Notes under the pieces: model-generated
What the model was told of the DNA's origin: nothing
Databases searched by the model: none
What the model saw: the letters and a program-made list of their open reading frames with translations, nothing else
Source: Nitrospirota bacterium
GTDB lineage: Bacteria > Nitrospirota > Thermodesulfovibrionia > Thermodesulfovibrionales > Dissulfurispiraceae
Reading direction: 5' to 3'
Length of the DNA: 64,000 bases
NCBI GenBank assembly: GCA_963710375.1
Contig: CAVPZX010000009.1
Span: 43,865-107,864, forward strand
In this document: one piece after another, positions 31,135 to 40,960 of the stretch
How positions within the stretch are numbered: position 1 is the stretch's first letter
How the letters are laid out: each line of letters begins with the position of its first letter
Made by a program: the position numbers and the translations under genes

Positions 31135-31731
31135 CTATACACGCAGAAGATTCAGCGAGCGGTTGTGTTCATTTCTCCAGTTTTCGAGCCATACCCTTAC
31201 ATCAGCTAATGAGGAGAGGCGTTTCCCATTGGAGATGTCCTTTATCAACTCTTCGCTGAACGATATGCCATATCCATTATACCCGTACCTTTTCAACTCC
31301 ACAAAAGGGCAGTTAATTTCGAGCTTCTCGATCCATTCGCAAATGGCTTTCGGTATTGCGGCATTGTCATTGAACGCAAAAAGATACCGAGGGATGCCTC
31401 TTTGCAGAAAAAGGCTGAATAACTCATCTATTACATTTTGAGCGCTTATACTGTGTGCGGCCAGACAGCGCAAATATTCCTGTGTATATTCATCGATGAC
31501 ACTAAATATCCAGATCAGCTGTCCGTGATTTGTCACCATCGATATTAAATGGTAACTCCATACACTGTTTCTTGACTGCGGATAGTGTTTTACGCAAGAT
31601 CTCTTTTGTTTAGAAGCATTGCTGTCAAATGCTATTTGATGCTTGCTGCAAATGCGGGGCGATTTTCGTGATTTCAAGCCCAAAACATTCTCAGTTTCTA
31701 TATATGCACTGTATGCTCCATTTTTTCTCAT
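31135..31731 (-). CDS. Degenerate IS3-family integrase-core (rve) ORF with the catalytic triad altered
   Basis: NSVWSYHL (cf. WSYDF), VIDEYT, RGIPRYL, ENWRNEHN; intact frame with GGAGGAGG RBS. Confidence 0.7.
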   Translation of the reverse strand: MRKNGAYSAYIETENVLGLKSRKSPRICSKHQIAFDSNASKQKRSCVKHYPQSRNSVWSYHLISMVTNHGQLIWIFSVIDEYTQEYLRCLAAHSISAQNVIDELFSLFLQRGIPRYLFAFNDNAAIPKAICEWIEKLEINCPFVELKRYGYNGYGISFSEELIKDISNGKRLSSLADVRVWLENWRNEHNRSLNLLRV

Positions 31732-32000
31732 AATACCTCCTCCGTCTAAGACACATTTATATTTAAAAGCAGCGGCGCAAGCATGAAGGAAGATACACCG
31801 CGATTAATGTCTCACCTATGTTTTACCGGAAAGCTGTACCGCGAACAGCCTTTTCTAAAGTCACGGAATATCCCTGTATACGGACACATTTCATTTCGAT
31901 AAAAGTAATCAGTGATGACAAATAAGTTTCCGGTGACCTGAAAACTCTTATCTCTTAGTCTGACCTTCCGGTCAAATGTAACTGTTTCCGGATAGAAGTG

Positions 32001-32423
32001 CTATGCAAAAGGAGGGGAACGCCTTGAAAAAGACAGTAGGAAGTCTTGCTGGCATGCCGATGACGGAAGAATTACCCATGAACATCGGCTGTATAAATTC
32101 ATGTTGTACTCTGCAAACGTTGCAGTATTGTTCAATAGTATTATTTTTGTGATCCAGTCTTCCTCAGGGATCATATGCCGCACGCGAACAACTTTTCGGA
32201 AAAAAGCATGGGCGGCCCTATCGATCTTTTTCAGGAATTCAGAATCAAAATAACTGTCGATGAAACCAAGATGGTCTTCAGATAACAGAGATAATGCCCT
32301 GTTCAGCTGGAGATTCTCGTCCTGACCTTTTTTACAGTAGGCAACTGAAACCGGTAACACCAGACTCACAGCTAAACAAATCAGAAACAGCCGGCCAATG
32401 TTATACTTACACCGCAATCGCAT
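32001..32423 (-). CDS. Signal-peptide-bearing leader ORF ending in RSPP (candidate ribosome arrest peptide)
   Basis: N-terminal hydrophobic stretch; C-terminus LLSFSRRSPPFA; preceded by the duplicated promoter box. Confidence 0.65.
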   Translation of the reverse strand: MRLRCKYNIGRLFLICLAVSLVLPVSVAYCKKGQDENLQLNRALSLLSEDHLGFIDSYFDSEFLKKIDRAAHAFFRKVVRVRHMIPEEDWITKIILLNNTATFAEYNMNLYSRCSWVILPSSACQQDFLLSFSRRSPPFA

Positions 32424-32476
32424 ATAAACTAAACCTCACAGTTGCATTTGAACAAATTTCTCGATTTCAGCCTGAT

Positions 32477-32523
32477 GTCATTATATGAAATCAAAGATTA
32501 CAGGAAGATGAATACATGTTCAA
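32477..32523 (-). promoter_or_regulatory. Promoter with putative OmpR-family tandem box (copy 1)
   Basis: GTATTCATCTTCCTGTAATC identical to the reverse complement of 34751-34770, followed by a TATAAT -10. Confidence 0.8.
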
Positions 32524-32574
32524 AAAAGAGGTTACTGTCAGACCTTGCGATTCCCGGGAGCTGCGGGTAGATTT

Positions 32575-33999
32575 TTAAATGTAGGTGGCATCTCTGTCTT
32601 CTTTCAGATATACGGACACTGTGCTGCCCTCATCCACTTTGCTTTTTATCTCTATCCTGCCGTTATGCAATTTAACTATTTCATTGCAGATGCTAAGCCC
32701 TAAGCCGGAGCCGCCACTCTCCCGTGATCGGGATTTGTCCACGCGATAAAAGCGGTCAAATACTTTAGCCAGGTCATTCTCCGGGATGCCGATTCCCGTA
32801 TCCCTTATTTCGGTCACAGTTAAGTCGGGTTCTTTTATGAGATTAATATATATTTTCCCATGAGGCACATTATATTTTATGGCATTGCCTATAAGGTTAT
32901 TAAACAGCTCGGATAATAATGAGCGGTCTCCAAGAACTACAAGCGGATCTGCTGGAGATATATCTATGCTGACTCCTTTATGTTCCGCAAGAGGACTTAA
33001 CAGTTTTACCGACTCGCTTATAATTTCGATCAGATTAATCCTTTCGAACCTAAGCTCGAATTTATACGCGCTCAGTTTGGCAATTGTAAGCAGTTTCCGG
33101 ACTATTTCAGACATCATCATTGCCGCTTCCTTGATAGCGGAGAGGCTATTGCGGTATTCACCGGCGGTTCTATCCTTCCTGAGCGTTATCTCGCTCTGGC
33201 TCAAGATTACTGACAGCGGTGTCCTGAGCTCATGAGAGGCGTCCGCAGCAAATTCTTTCTGACGGATGAAGGCCATCTCCAGCCTGTCAAAAGTGCGGTT
33301 AAAAGAAGACGCGAGGATCCTTAATTCCTGCGGAATGTCCTCTATGGATATTCTTTCAGAGAGGTTTGATTCTGAAATTTTATCTATTGTCTCAGAAATG
33401 TTTTTTATGGGGGTAAGTGCCCTGCGTGCGATTAATAATCCTCCCGATGCTGAAACTACAACGATGGAAAGGATGGAGAGAAAAAGGGTGATCCTGTAGC
33501 GTTTCATGAGATTAACCTGATATCTTATATCCTCAGCGCACTGGATAACCAGGCTTTCTTCTTTATTTTCTGACATATCCAGTTCGCCTTTTTCAATAGG
33601 AACATAAAAATTTATAAGCCTTGCAGGACGTCTTCCCAACCTGACAAATTCAAAACCTGTCTGCCGGTCAAGTGTGGGAACAGGGAGGTCCCTGTTCCCC
33701 AGGGATGTCGACTTCTCTATAGTTGTTCCATCGAGTCGGCGTATTTGGAAAAAACTTCCGGATTTCGGAGAATTGTATTCCCACATTATCTCGTCTGAAA
33801 ACCTGAATCTTGTTTTATCCCCGACATCCAGGCTTACCAGCGTGGCCAGCGCCGTTGCCTTGGACAAAAGGTTCGCGTCAACCGAATCATAGACAATTTT
33901 GCTTAGGCTGAAATACAGCAATGCCCCGAGTACTGATAGGGTCAGAAAGAGGACAGCCATATAGAATATGATAATTTTTGCCTTTATAGAAGAAAACAT
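32575..33999 (-). CDS. Heavy-metal-type (CusS/CzcS-like) sensor histidine kinase
   Basis: Two TM segments, HAMP, FAADASHELRTPL, FDRFYRVDKSRSR, GSGLGL. Confidence 0.9.
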   Translation of the reverse strand: MFSSIKAKIIIFYMAVLFLTLSVLGALLYFSLSKIVYDSVDANLLSKATALATLVSLDVGDKTRFRFSDEIMWEYNSPKSGSFFQIRRLDGTTIEKSTSLGNRDLPVPTLDRQTGFEFVRLGRRPARLINFYVPIEKGELDMSENKEESLVIQCAEDIRYQVNLMKRYRITLFLSILSIVVVSASGGLLIARRALTPIKNISETIDKISESNLSERISIEDIPQELRILASSFNRTFDRLEMAFIRQKEFAADASHELRTPLSVILSQSEITLRKDRTAGEYRNSLSAIKEAAMMMSEIVRKLLTIAKLSAYKFELRFERINLIEIISESVKLLSPLAEHKGVSIDISPADPLVVLGDRSLLSELFNNLIGNAIKYNVPHGKIYINLIKEPDLTVTEIRDTGIGIPENDLAKVFDRFYRVDKSRSRESGGSGLGLSICNEIVKLHNGRIEIKSKVDEGSTVSVYLKEDRDATYI

Positions 34000-34000
34000 C

Positions 34001-34669
34001 TTAACCCCTTAACATATAACCGGCTCCACGCACAGTATGGATGAGCCCTTTGTGGAACCCTTTATCAATTTTTGTCCTTATGCGGTTAATAAAAACATCA
34101 ATGACATTGCTGTCGAGGTTGAAATCCTGGTCATAAAGATGCTCTGTCAGGGATGTTCTGTTCAGGACCTTATTTTTATTAAGTGCCATGTATTCAAGCA
34201 GGGCATATTCTTTAGCAGAGAGTGAGATATTCTTTCCGCTTCTCGTTACCTCATGAGTTGCCATGTTAATGACAAGGTCTCCAATCTCCATTATGGATGT
34301 CTTAACCTCGGAACTTCTTCTTAACAATGCCCGTATGCGTGCCAGAAGCTCTTCAAACAGAAATGGTTTTGTCAGGTAGTCATCCGCGCCGCTGTCCAGC
34401 CCCGAGACCTTATCAAATAATGCATCCCTGGCTGTCAACATAAGAACAGGAGACTTAACACCTCTCTTGCGGACTTTTTTGAGAATCGTCATCCCATCGA
34501 CAATTGGCAGCATTATATCCAGGAGTATAAGGTCATATGGCTCATTTTCAGCCAGGAAAAGACCGTCTTCGCCGTTGTATGCAACGTCTACGGCATATCC
34601 TTCCTCACCGAGCCCCTGCTTGATTACGTCAGCAAGCGGTTTTTCATCTTCAACAATAAGTATGCGCAT
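34001..34669 (-). CDS. OmpR-family (CusR/CzcR-like) response regulator
   Basis: LDIMLP, GADDYLTKPF, SNVIDVFI, IHTVRGAGY. Confidence 0.93.
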   Translation of the reverse strand: MRILIVEDEKPLADVIKQGLGEEGYAVDVAYNGEDGLFLAENEPYDLILLDIMLPIVDGMTILKKVRKRGVKSPVLMLTARDALFDKVSGLDSGADDYLTKPFLFEELLARIRALLRRSSEVKTSIMEIGDLVINMATHEVTRSGKNISLSAKEYALLEYMALNKNKVLNRTSLTEHLYDQDFNLDSNVIDVFINRIRTKIDKGFHKGLIHTVRGAGYMLRG

Positions 34670-34731
34670 AAGAATATTATCTGCTTTTATCATGTCTGTT
34701 TACAACAAGTTTTCTCAAAAATACCGGGCAA

Positions 34732-34778
34732 GTCAGTATATGAAATAATTGATTACAGGAAGATGAATACGGATCAAA
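34732..34778 (-). promoter_or_regulatory. Promoter with putative OmpR-family tandem box (copy 2, autoregulatory)
   Basis: Same 20-mer as 32496-32515, followed by a TATACT -10 at the same spacing. Confidence 0.8.
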
Positions 34779-34833
34779 CAGAAAATGACAAAGATTTCCA
34801 AGACCTGTTTAGACGGGGCAGAACCAGGATTTG

Positions 34834-34869
34834 AAAAAAAGGGGGCCGTGGATATAAGCTACAGCCCCC
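34834..34869 (-). terminator. Rho-independent terminator of ppdK
   Basis: GGGGGC..../....GCCCCC stem followed by U7 on the minus strand. Confidence 0.75.
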
Positions 34870-34898
34870 TTATTTTGTCGTAACCACTTGAAACAAAA

Positions 34899-37670
34899 CT
34901 ATTTTTTCAGCGCGGCCTGCGCAGCTGCGAATCTGGCGATCGGCACTCTGTATGGAGAGCAGCTGACGTAATCAAGACCGATTTCATGGCAGAATGCAAC
35001 AGACTTCGGTTCCCCGCCATGCTCGCCGCATATTCCTATTTTAAGATCTTTCCTGGCCTTTCTTCCTTTTTCCACAGCCATGCGCATAAAAGGCCCGACG
35101 CCTTCCTGGTCAATAGTAATGAAAGGATCTTCTTTCAATATGCCGCCCTCAATATAAAACGGCAGGAACCCTCCTGCATCGTCTCTGGACAATCCATAAA
35201 CTGTTTGAGTAAGATCGTTCGTTCCAAAAGAAAAGAAATCGGCGTATACCGCAATCTCGTCCGATGTCACGCAGGCACGCGGCAATTCTATCATTGTCCC
35301 CACCGTGTACCGGACTTTGACTTTATATTCTTTCTGCACGCGGTCTGCAGTAGAAATAGTCAATGCCCTGAGCCGCTCAAGTTCATTCACATGGCCAACA
35401 AGCGGGATCATGATCTCTGTAATGACCTTTACCTTCTCCCTGGCAAGCTCGCAGGCTGCTTCCATAATGGCCTGCACCTGCATCTCGTATATTTCAGGAT
35501 AAGTAACGCCTAGTCGGCAGCCGCGGTGCCCGAGCATTGGATTAAACTCATGCAAAAACTTGTTCTTTACATTCAGCCGTTCAAAAGTAACCCCCATTTC
35601 CGCTGAAAGCTCATGGAGTTCCGAGTCGGTATTGGGAAGGAACTCGTGAAGCGGCGGATCAAGAAGTCTGATAGTGACCGGCAGGCCTGCCATAGCCTTG
35701 AATATGCCGATAAAATCAGCCTTCTGGAATGGCAGAAGTTTTGCCAGTGCCCGTTTTCTCCCTTCGACAGTGTCCGAAAGAATCATCTCCCTGACTGCCC
35801 GTATGCGGTCCGGGCCAAAGAACATGTGCTCTGTTCTGCACAAGCCTATTCCCTGAGCACCGAAATTTCTCGCAACAGCGGCATCGTTCGGTGTGTCGGC
35901 ATTAGTCCGCACTCTTAAAGTTCTGAACTGGTCTGCCCACTTCATCAATTCCTTGTACCAGGGGTTGCTATCGGGGTCAGCGGGCATAAGCGGGAGTTTC
36001 CCTTCGTAGACACGGCCTTTAGTCCCGTCAAGCGTTATCCATTCCCCTTCCCTGTAAATTTTACCGTTTACACTCATCTCTTTTTTATGCGCATCGATTT
36101 CCAGCGCTGATGCTCCGACAATACAGCACTTGCCCCATCCCCTCGCAACAAGTGCTGCGTGGCTGGTCATTCCGCCCCTTGCCGTCAGGATCGCCTCCGC
36201 TGCATGCATGCCGTGGACGTCCTCAGGCGAAGTTTCGTTTCTCACCAATATGACAAGCTCTCCCCTCTTGGCCCATGCCGCTGCATCATCGGCGGTGAAA
36301 ACTATTTTCCCCTCGGCGCCGCCCGGACCTGCAGGAAGACCCTTTGCTATTTCCACGGCCTTATTCTCTGCTGCAGTATCGACGCTGGGGTGCAAGAGCT
36401 CATCAAGCTGGTCGGGTTTCACTCGCAAAAGAGCGGTCTCCCTTGTAATAAGCTTTTGTTTTGCCATTTCAACAGCCATGCGTATAGCAGCCTGCCCGGT
36501 ACGTTTGCCGACTCTTGTCTGAAGCATCCAGAGCCTTCCGTCCTGTATTGTAAATTCAATGTCCTGCATGTTCCTGTAATGTTTTTCGAGCTTCTTCTGA
36601 ATGACAAATAATTCCTTATAGAGTTTCGGCATGCTCTCCTCAAGAGATTGGAGGTGTATGGTATCTTCAGTCTTTCCTGCCTTGTTCACAGGGTTGGGTG
36701 TCCTGATGCCGGCTACAACATCTTCACCCTGGGCATTAGGAAGCCATTCTCCGAAGAACATGTCCTCTCCAGTTGCAGGATTTCTTGTAAAAGCAACGCC
36801 CGTAGCAGAATTATCTCCGGTATTTCCGAAAACCATTGACTGGACGGTGACTGCGGTCCCCCAGTCCTCCGGTATTTTCTCAATCCTCCTGTATGCAATG
36901 GCCCGCTTACCCATCCATGATTGGAAAACACCGCCGATACCGCCCCAGAGCTGCTCCCTGGGGTCATCAGGGAAATCTTGTTTAAGCGTGTCCTTTACAA
37001 TAACCTTGAACTGATCACAAAGCTTTTTCAGGTCATCAACTGTAAGATCGGTATCGCTCTTGTATCCCTTCTCTTTTTTCACCACTTCAAGTGCATGGTC
37101 CAGCTTATAACGAACTGCTTGGTCCTCCCTGGCAGGCTCTAACCCGGCTGCCTTCTCCATGACCACATCGGAATACATCATAATCAGGCGGCGGTATGCA
37201 TCAAATACAAAACGTTCGTTACCAGTCCTTTTTATAAGCCCAGGAATTGTTTTTGATGTCAAGCCGACATTAAGCACCGTATCCATCATACCAGGCATCG
37301 ATCTGCGGGCCCCGGAACGGACCGATACAAGGAGAGGGTCTTCCACATCTCCGAATTTTTTCCCGATGATTTTTTCGACTTTTGCCAGCGCGGTCTCTAC
37401 CTGAGACACTAACTCAGAGGGATATTTTCTGTTGTTTTTGTAATAAAGCGTACAAACTTCAGTGGTTAGAGTGAAACCAGGAGGTACAGGAATACCGAGG
37501 TTGACCATCTCTGCAACGTTGGCGCCCTTGCCACCCAGCAGGTTATTCATAGCAGACTTTCCGTCAGCCTTACCCGCTCCGAAAGAATAAACGTACTTAT
37601 TCCCCTTTACTTTTTTTGCACTCTTCGCAGTCCGCACACTCTTTTTAGACCTCTTACCGACTGTTGCCAT
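34899..37670 (-). CDS. ppdK: Pyruvate, phosphate dikinase
   Basis: LGGKGAN, SVRSGA, GGMTSHAALVARG, SFGTNDLTQ, GICGEHGG. Confidence 0.98.
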   Translation of the reverse strand: MATVGKRSKKSVRTAKSAKKVKGNKYVYSFGAGKADGKSAMNNLLGGKGANVAEMVNLGIPVPPGFTLTTEVCTLYYKNNRKYPSELVSQVETALAKVEKIIGKKFGDVEDPLLVSVRSGARRSMPGMMDTVLNVGLTSKTIPGLIKRTGNERFVFDAYRRLIMMYSDVVMEKAAGLEPAREDQAVRYKLDHALEVVKKEKGYKSDTDLTVDDLKKLCDQFKVIVKDTLKQDFPDDPREQLWGGIGGVFQSWMGKRAIAYRRIEKIPEDWGTAVTVQSMVFGNTGDNSATGVAFTRNPATGEDMFFGEWLPNAQGEDVVAGIRTPNPVNKAGKTEDTIHLQSLEESMPKLYKELFVIQKKLEKHYRNMQDIEFTIQDGRLWMLQTRVGKRTGQAAIRMAVEMAKQKLITRETALLRVKPDQLDELLHPSVDTAAENKAVEIAKGLPAGPGGAEGKIVFTADDAAAWAKRGELVILVRNETSPEDVHGMHAAEAILTARGGMTSHAALVARGWGKCCIVGASALEIDAHKKEMSVNGKIYREGEWITLDGTKGRVYEGKLPLMPADPDSNPWYKELMKWADQFRTLRVRTNADTPNDAAVARNFGAQGIGLCRTEHMFFGPDRIRAVREMILSDTVEGRKRALAKLLPFQKADFIGIFKAMAGLPVTIRLLDPPLHEFLPNTDSELHELSAEMGVTFERLNVKNKFLHEFNPMLGHRGCRLGVTYPEIYEMQVQAIMEAACELAREKVKVITEIMIPLVGHVNELERLRALTISTADRVQKEYKVKVRYTVGTMIELPRACVTSDEIAVYADFFSFGTNDLTQTVYGLSRDDAGGFLPFYIEGGILKEDPFITIDQEGVGPFMRMAVEKGRKARKDLKIGICGEHGGEPKSVAFCHEIGLDYVSCSPYRVPIARFAAAQAALKK

Positions 37671-37820
37671 CCAATCCCTCCATCCATTATTGTGATTTTA
37701 TTATTCATTAAGGTAATATGAATTATAATATATATTTATAGTACATTTGTAAAAAAAAAAATTCAACAAAACATTGAAAACATCGGTAGTGACTTTTTTC
37801 GGCAGATATTGTCCGGACAG

Positions 37821-38789
37821 TCATGGGCAGGCAATCTTCAGCCCGCTCTGCCTGATCAGCTCCAGATCATCACCAAAAGTCCTGCCTGTAGTGGTAAGGT
37901 AATTTCCTGTAAGGACAGCATCCGCGCCTGCCATAAATACCAGACAGTGGAACTCATTGAGTGCCTGCACCCTGCCGCCGCATACACGTATCTGTTTGTC
38001 GGGCAGAATAAACCGGTAAAGACTGATAATTTTAAGTGCCTCCAGCGGACGTAGCACCGCTTGCTCACCCAGCGGAGTGCCCTGGACCGGTATAAGAAAA
38101 TTTATAGGCACAGAGTCAACGTCAAGCGCTCTTAGCGCAAACGCCATATCAACTCTGTCCTGCCACGTCTCACCAATGCCGAAAATGCCTCCAGAGCATA
38201 CGGAAAGCCCTGCGGACAGCGCCGCTTCAACCGTTTTCAGCTTTTCATGGTATGTATGGGTGCTGCAAATTTCCGGGAAGAAATTTTCGGATGTTTCAAG
38301 ATTATGATGATACCTCACAAGGCCGCATGCCCTGAGATATGATAGTTCCTCTTTGTCAAGAAGCCCCAGGGTAGCACAAGGCAAAAGGCCGGTGCGCCTT
38401 ACTTCCCGCACCATGCTGCCCATTTTGGTTAGTTCATTATTGCTGACCTTTCTGCCACTCGTGACAATGCAGAACCTCTTAACCCCTGCGTTCCTTGCCT
38501 CCATTGCCTTTTCAATAATTTTACTTTCCTCAAGGAGCGGATAGACCGCGACACCCGTTCTGACCTTCGATGACTGGGCGCAATATGAGCAGTCCTCTGA
38601 ACACGCCCCTGATTTTGCATTGACGATAGCGCACAAATCGATTATGTCGCCCCTGAAGCGCTGCCGTATACTGCTTGCTGCAGCAAAAAGACCGATAATA
38701 GCAGCATCCTGAAGTCCGCTAATCCAGAGGGCCTCCGAAGGTGTAATGGTCCCCCCGGCAATCACCTTATCTCTTAGGGCCTCGATCAT
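37821..38789 (-). CDS. bioB: Biotin synthase
   Basis: NAKSGACSEDCSYCAQS, YHHNLETS, CSGGIFG, VPINFL, GNYLTT. Confidence 0.96.
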   Translation of the reverse strand: MIEALRDKVIAGGTITPSEALWISGLQDAAIIGLFAAASSIRQRFRGDIIDLCAIVNAKSGACSEDCSYCAQSSKVRTGVAVYPLLEESKIIEKAMEARNAGVKRFCIVTSGRKVSNNELTKMGSMVREVRRTGLLPCATLGLLDKEELSYLRACGLVRYHHNLETSENFFPEICSTHTYHEKLKTVEAALSAGLSVCSGGIFGIGETWQDRVDMAFALRALDVDSVPINFLIPVQGTPLGEQAVLRPLEALKIISLYRFILPDKQIRVCGGRVQALNEFHCLVFMAGADAVLTGNYLTTTGRTFGDDLELIRQSGLKIACP

Positions 38790-38799
38790 AAAATTACTG

Positions 38800-39075
38800 T
38801 CAATGCCTGATCTCGAAATCAGCGAGAACATCATTTCCATTTTCCCACGTCACGTCTATATCAGCAACCCTTGCTGCAGGAGGTCCCTGCCTGCATTTCA
38901 AAATGGCCTTTTCAATTGCTTCACGTGTTCCCTCAAAAACAGCCTCAACCCTGGTGTCGGGGAGATTCCTTACCCATCCGGCCAGATTCAACGTATTAGC
39001 GACATCAGAGACAAACCACCTGTAGCTCACACCCTGCACACTCCCCGAAACAAAAATATGCGCCCGCGACTTCAT
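38800..39075 (-). CDS. acyP: Acylphosphatase
   Basis: SGSVQGVSYR, GWVRN, QGPPAARV. Confidence 0.93.
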   Translation of the reverse strand: MKSRAHIFVSGSVQGVSYRWFVSDVANTLNLAGWVRNLPDTRVEAVFEGTREAIEKAILKCRQGPPAARVADIDVTWENGNDVLADFEIRH

Positions 39076-39220
39076 CCGATATTCCCAGCCCCCTTGCATC
39101 AAACCGTATAGAATAGAATTGTAACAAAAAAACTCCGCGCATTACTATAGTATGAGAAGGGCATTGGCAGCGCCCTGCTCATACATTGCACCAAACAGCA
39201 AAAGGCTGTACAATTACATA

Positions 39221-40960
39221 ATGAACTTATTATCGGCACTACGTAAGAGAACATTTGTCTCTTTTATCCTGCTTGTCGCCATTCTGGCGGGCTTTTCCGG
39301 AGCTTATGCCTTACCTGATTCAAATATCCACATTAAAATCCTTGCCATTAACGACTTTCATGGCAGGCTGCCTGCAGGACACATGATTGGCAACCGCCCT
39401 GTGGGTGGGGCGGCAGTACTGGCATCATACCTCAAAGCTGCTGAACAGGGCATAGAGCACGACACCCTCATCGTTCATGCCGGTGATCAAGTGGGTGCAT
39501 CGTCGCCGGTGTCAGGACTGTTGAAAGATGAGCCTTCAATCATGTTTATGAATACGCTGGCAAATAAGTATTGCCGATATAAAGGCGGCTTAGACCTCAT
39601 ATCTGCCTCAACAAGTCCGGGCCTTTTCGGGGACCCCAGGTGCAACATGGCAGCCACCATCGGCAATCACGAATTTGACAAAGGGGTGGACGAAATGATG
39701 CGCCTCATATTTGGCGGTAATCATCCCGACGGTCCCTTTCTCGAAAATCCCTGGCGGGGCGCTTTATTTCCCTATGTAGTATCAAATGTGGTCTATGCGA
39801 AAAATGGAAAGCACATCCTTCCTCCGTATGTCATCAAGAAGATAAACGGCTTGCAAATTGCGTTTATAGGCGCTGTGCTCAAGGACACACCCGGCATTGT
39901 CACTCCGTCTGCCGTGAAAGGCCTCACCTTTTTAGATGAAGCAGAATCTATCAACAAGTGCATACCCGAACTCGGGGCCAAACATGTGAGTGCTATAGTT
40001 GTGCTGATACATCAGGGAGGCTACCAGACATCCTATCAGGGCGACACACTTCAAGGAGAAAATGTCGATGGTCCCATCGCTGATATCGTTTCACGCCTGG
40101 ATGATAAGGTCAACGTTGTCATATCAGGTCATACCCACACATTCATCAACGCGTTTTTGAAAAATCGGCACGGCAAGGATATACTCGTTACCCAGGCTTA
40201 TGCTTACAGCACCGCATACGCGGATATCGATCTGGAAATAGACCGAGCCACCAAAAATATTGTCAGGAAATCGGCATCCATTGTCACCACCTATGCCGAC
40301 GCCGGCCCTGGACTGACCCCTGATCCTGAGGTTTCAAAACTCGTTGCAGCTGCTGAAGCAAAAGTCGGACCGATGATCCACCAGGTCGTCGGCCAGGCCA
40401 CAACAGATATCACAGGAGAGCAAAACAGCGCAGGCGAATCCGCTCTTGGCAATCTGATTGCCGATGCCCAGAAGTCGTCCTTTGCCGCCGACTTTGCTTT
40501 CACAAACCCCGGCGGGATGCGTAGCGACGTCAAAGCTGGCGCTGTCACATGGGGTGTTATCTATGAGGTGCAACCCTTCAGCAATGATCTCGTAAAAATG
40601 ACTCTGACCGGCAGCCAAATATATGATCTGCTTAATCAGCAGTGGCAGCAGGGGCCTAATGAGTCGCGCCCGCGCATGCTCCAGATTTCCGGCCTTTCTT
40701 ATATCTGGGACAGCACCCTCCCTGCAGGCAGCCGCATAGTCAAGATATTCCGGAACGGCATCCCGATTGATCCTGCTGCCGAGTATACAGTCGTGGTAAA
40801 CAGTTTCCTTGCCGGCGGAGGTGACGGTTTCAGTGTACTTACCAAAGGCACCAGCCGGGCAACGGGTCCTGTTGATCTCGATGCAATGATAACCTATATC
40901 CGGAAATTGCCGCAGCCTTTTTCAGCAAAAATCAACGGCAGGATCACAAGGGTTAAATAG
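39221..40960 (+). CDS. Exported bifunctional metallophosphatase/5'-nucleotidase
   Basis: Signal peptide; INDFHG, AGD, GNHEFD, SGHTH, NPGGMR, FLAGGGDG. Confidence 0.93.
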   Translation: MNLLSALRKRTFVSFILLVAILAGFSGAYALPDSNIHIKILAINDFHGRLPAGHMIGNRPVGGAAVLASYLKAAEQGIEHDTLIVHAGDQVGASSPVSGLLKDEPSIMFMNTLANKYCRYKGGLDLISASTSPGLFGDPRCNMAATIGNHEFDKGVDEMMRLIFGGNHPDGPFLENPWRGALFPYVVSNVVYAKNGKHILPPYVIKKINGLQIAFIGAVLKDTPGIVTPSAVKGLTFLDEAESINKCIPELGAKHVSAIVVLIHQGGYQTSYQGDTLQGENVDGPIADIVSRLDDKVNVVISGHTHTFINAFLKNRHGKDILVTQAYAYSTAYADIDLEIDRATKNIVRKSASIVTTYADAGPGLTPDPEVSKLVAAAEAKVGPMIHQVVGQATTDITGEQNSAGESALGNLIADAQKSSFAADFAFTNPGGMRSDVKAGAVTWGVIYEVQPFSNDLVKMTLTGSQIYDLLNQQWQQGPNESRPRMLQISGLSYIWDSTLPAGSRIVKIFRNGIPIDPAAEYTVVVNSFLAGGGDGFSVLTKGTSRATGPVDLDAMITYIRKLPQPFSAKINGRITRVK

